DNA of 63,546 bases, filler included, from Intoshia linei (Eukaryota; Animalia; Orthonectida): assembly GCA_001642005.1 (NCBI GenBank). It is 4 parts of 4 records of this genome, joined end to end, with 100 filler letters (N's around TTAATTAATTAA, not from the genome) between each part and the next. Parts side by side here need not be neighbours in the genome. Positions count along the whole stretch, not along the records: positions 53,062 to 63,546 come from LWCA01001290.1; 3 more parts are not named here. One strand, written 5' to 3'. The translations under genes were made by a program, and so were the position numbers. Positions 61,635 through 63,546 of the stretch are shown here, piece after piece. Each line of letters opens with the position of its first letter. Within the stretch, counting starts at the first letter, position 1. The notes beneath the pieces are model-generated. The model was not told where the DNA came from. It saw nothing but the letters and a program-made list of their open reading frames with translations, and made no database searches.

Positions 61635-63240
61635 CAGGGCTGGCCAACTTGATTTTTTAAAGATTGACTTTATATTTTTTGAAATACTAGCGATAGATCA
61701 TACTGAAATTTAATAATATAAATTAAAAAATAATAAAATTTTATTATATAAATTAAATACACTTCATAATTGAAAAAAATCCAAATGTTTCGTTGCATTA
61801 CTAAAATATTTATATTAGTTGAAATATTTACTTTTAATCATTAATGAGATGGTTGTATTTTTGTGTCATTTACTAGTTTATTAAAATTAGTAGTGTAATT
61901 TGACAAGGATAATTTCATTAAATTTTCCAAGTTTTTATCAGTAAGGGACGACCGATTTTTTGATTTTATTGAGTTCATTACAGAAAACGCTGATTCGCAT
62001 AAGTATGTCGAACCGAAACATGATTGAATATATTCTGAACACATCTTAATTATATTGTATTTCTCTTTGGATACATATTCCCAGAAATCGTTATCCATAG
62101 AATGAACCCTTAAGAATAAATCAGATTTCAATGATACAATTTGCAATTCTGTTTCATCGCAATCAAAATCAAATAACTGANCACTTCATAATTGAAAAAA
62201 ATCCAAATGTTTCGTTGCATTACTAAAATATTTATATTAGTTAATAAATAGTTGAAATATTTACTTTTTATCATTAATGAGATGGTTGCATTTTTGTGTC
62301 ATTTACTAGTTTATTAAAATTAGGAGTGTAATTTGACAAGGATAATTTCATTAAATTTTCCAAGTTGTTATCATTAAGGGACGACAAATTTTTCAATTTT
62401 ATTGAGTTCATTACAGAAAACGCTGATTCGCATAAGTATGTAGAACCAAAACATGATTGAACATATTCTGAACATATCCTACTTATATTGTATTTCTCTT
62501 TGGATAAATATTTCCAGAAATCGTTATCCATAGAATGAGCCCTTAAGAATAAATCAGATTTCAATGATACAATTTTTAATTCTGTTTTATCGCAATACAA
62601 TTAAATAACTGATTTTTTTTTATAAATATAACTTGTAATTAAATCAGATTTGAAAGGATTAATTAAATATTCTAATATGTATTTTATTTTCTGAAAATCA
62701 CTGAATTTGCTGTTGAAATCTTGAACAATTTTTATTTCAGTAATAAATTTATCACAATCAATATTAACATCATGGTTATGTTTACAAAAATTGGTGATAT
62801 TAGGAAAATATTTAAATTTTTTTTGATTGAGATCATAAATTATTAAAGGAATTGTCTTTTTAAATTAATCAATACTACTTATTATATTTGTTAACGTTTT
62901 ATTTTTCCCTTGTAAATATAGATTTAACAATGTTGAATCAACATAGTCAATCTTCCCGTAAAATCAGCTAAAAACGATAATTCACATAGCCATTGTTTAT
63001 CATAGAGTTCTGCCATAATTATCATTCCGATTCCGAAGAAATATTTTAATATCGTCTAATAAAATTATAAATATTTCCAAAAATACACTTCTGCTAGCCA
63101 TCTTACGTTTGTGTGTAAAACTAACTCACGGTTTTCTTCAGATTGACTTTTGAAAAGACCCCTTTGAAGTGCTTTAGCCCTGATGGAATTAGCGATTTTA
63201 AAAGTAATATCCATAATTATATTGGGATTTAACCTTTTAC
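61635..63240 (-). mobile_element. Decayed Buster/SPIN-like hAT transposon (GTF2IRD2/EPM2AIP1-like transposase)
   Basis: Terminus CAGGGCTGGCCAAC at 61635. The minus strand encodes FKIANSIRAKALQR, LVLHTNVRWL, WLCELSFLADFT and two copies of the C-terminal dimerisation domain FGSTYLCESAFSVMNSIK...QPSH*. Confidence 0.9.
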
Positions 63241-63546
63241 TACATAAAATAGGCTGACCATATTTTTGTCGTACTAAAATTAGTACTTTTATTGCTTAGA
63301 AACAACATATGTTTTTGATTAATTTTTGATTAGAAAAATGAAAATTTAAGTTAAATTTCAATTTTTAAGTTTATTTAGTTTTGAAAAGTACGTCGAAAGT
63401 ACGACTGTTCACTGTTCCAAAAGTCGTACTTCTGGTCGCACTACATAAAACAATGATAATTTATAAAATTCGGAAAATCATCATCGTTTTTACATAATCC
63501 AATAAATCCGCTTTTACTACCAACCATAGATTTTGCACCATCTGTC

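Overview
Very AT-rich metazoan genomic scaffold with three 100-nt N-gaps, each carrying a TTAATTAATTAA spacer, and two single-N joins. Genes are tightly packed and spliced. Introns are either tiny (about 30-45 nt) or inflated by DNA-transposon debris, which suggests a highly reduced, ciliated invertebrate (orthonectid-like; inference only). Recognisable genes, left to right: Cdc25 phosphatase (-), ENKD1 (-), mitochondrial ATP synthase alpha (-), EMC6 (-), a divergent mTERF-like protein (+), MCU (-), TCF25/Rqc1 (+), CCT-alpha/TCP1 (-), a crotonase-family enoyl-CoA hydratase (+), a KCNQ K+ channel (+) and a ZIFL-like MFS transporter (+, runs off the window). Mobile DNA includes hAT (Buster/SPIN-like and hATm-like) fossils and MITEs, Tc1/Tc3 elements, a non-autonomous Helitron family and foldback elements. 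The most striking feature is at about 24.6-26.8 kb: a ~1.1-kb endogenous rhabdovirus-like L polymerase/capping-domain fragment. It abuts a Ty3/gypsy integrase fragment, has a gag-like fragment on its other side, and lies in a gene-free TE cluster, the footprint expected if an RNA virus was captured by an LTR retrotransposon. Exon coordinates were derived by manual translation and GT-AG inspection; no database search was run.
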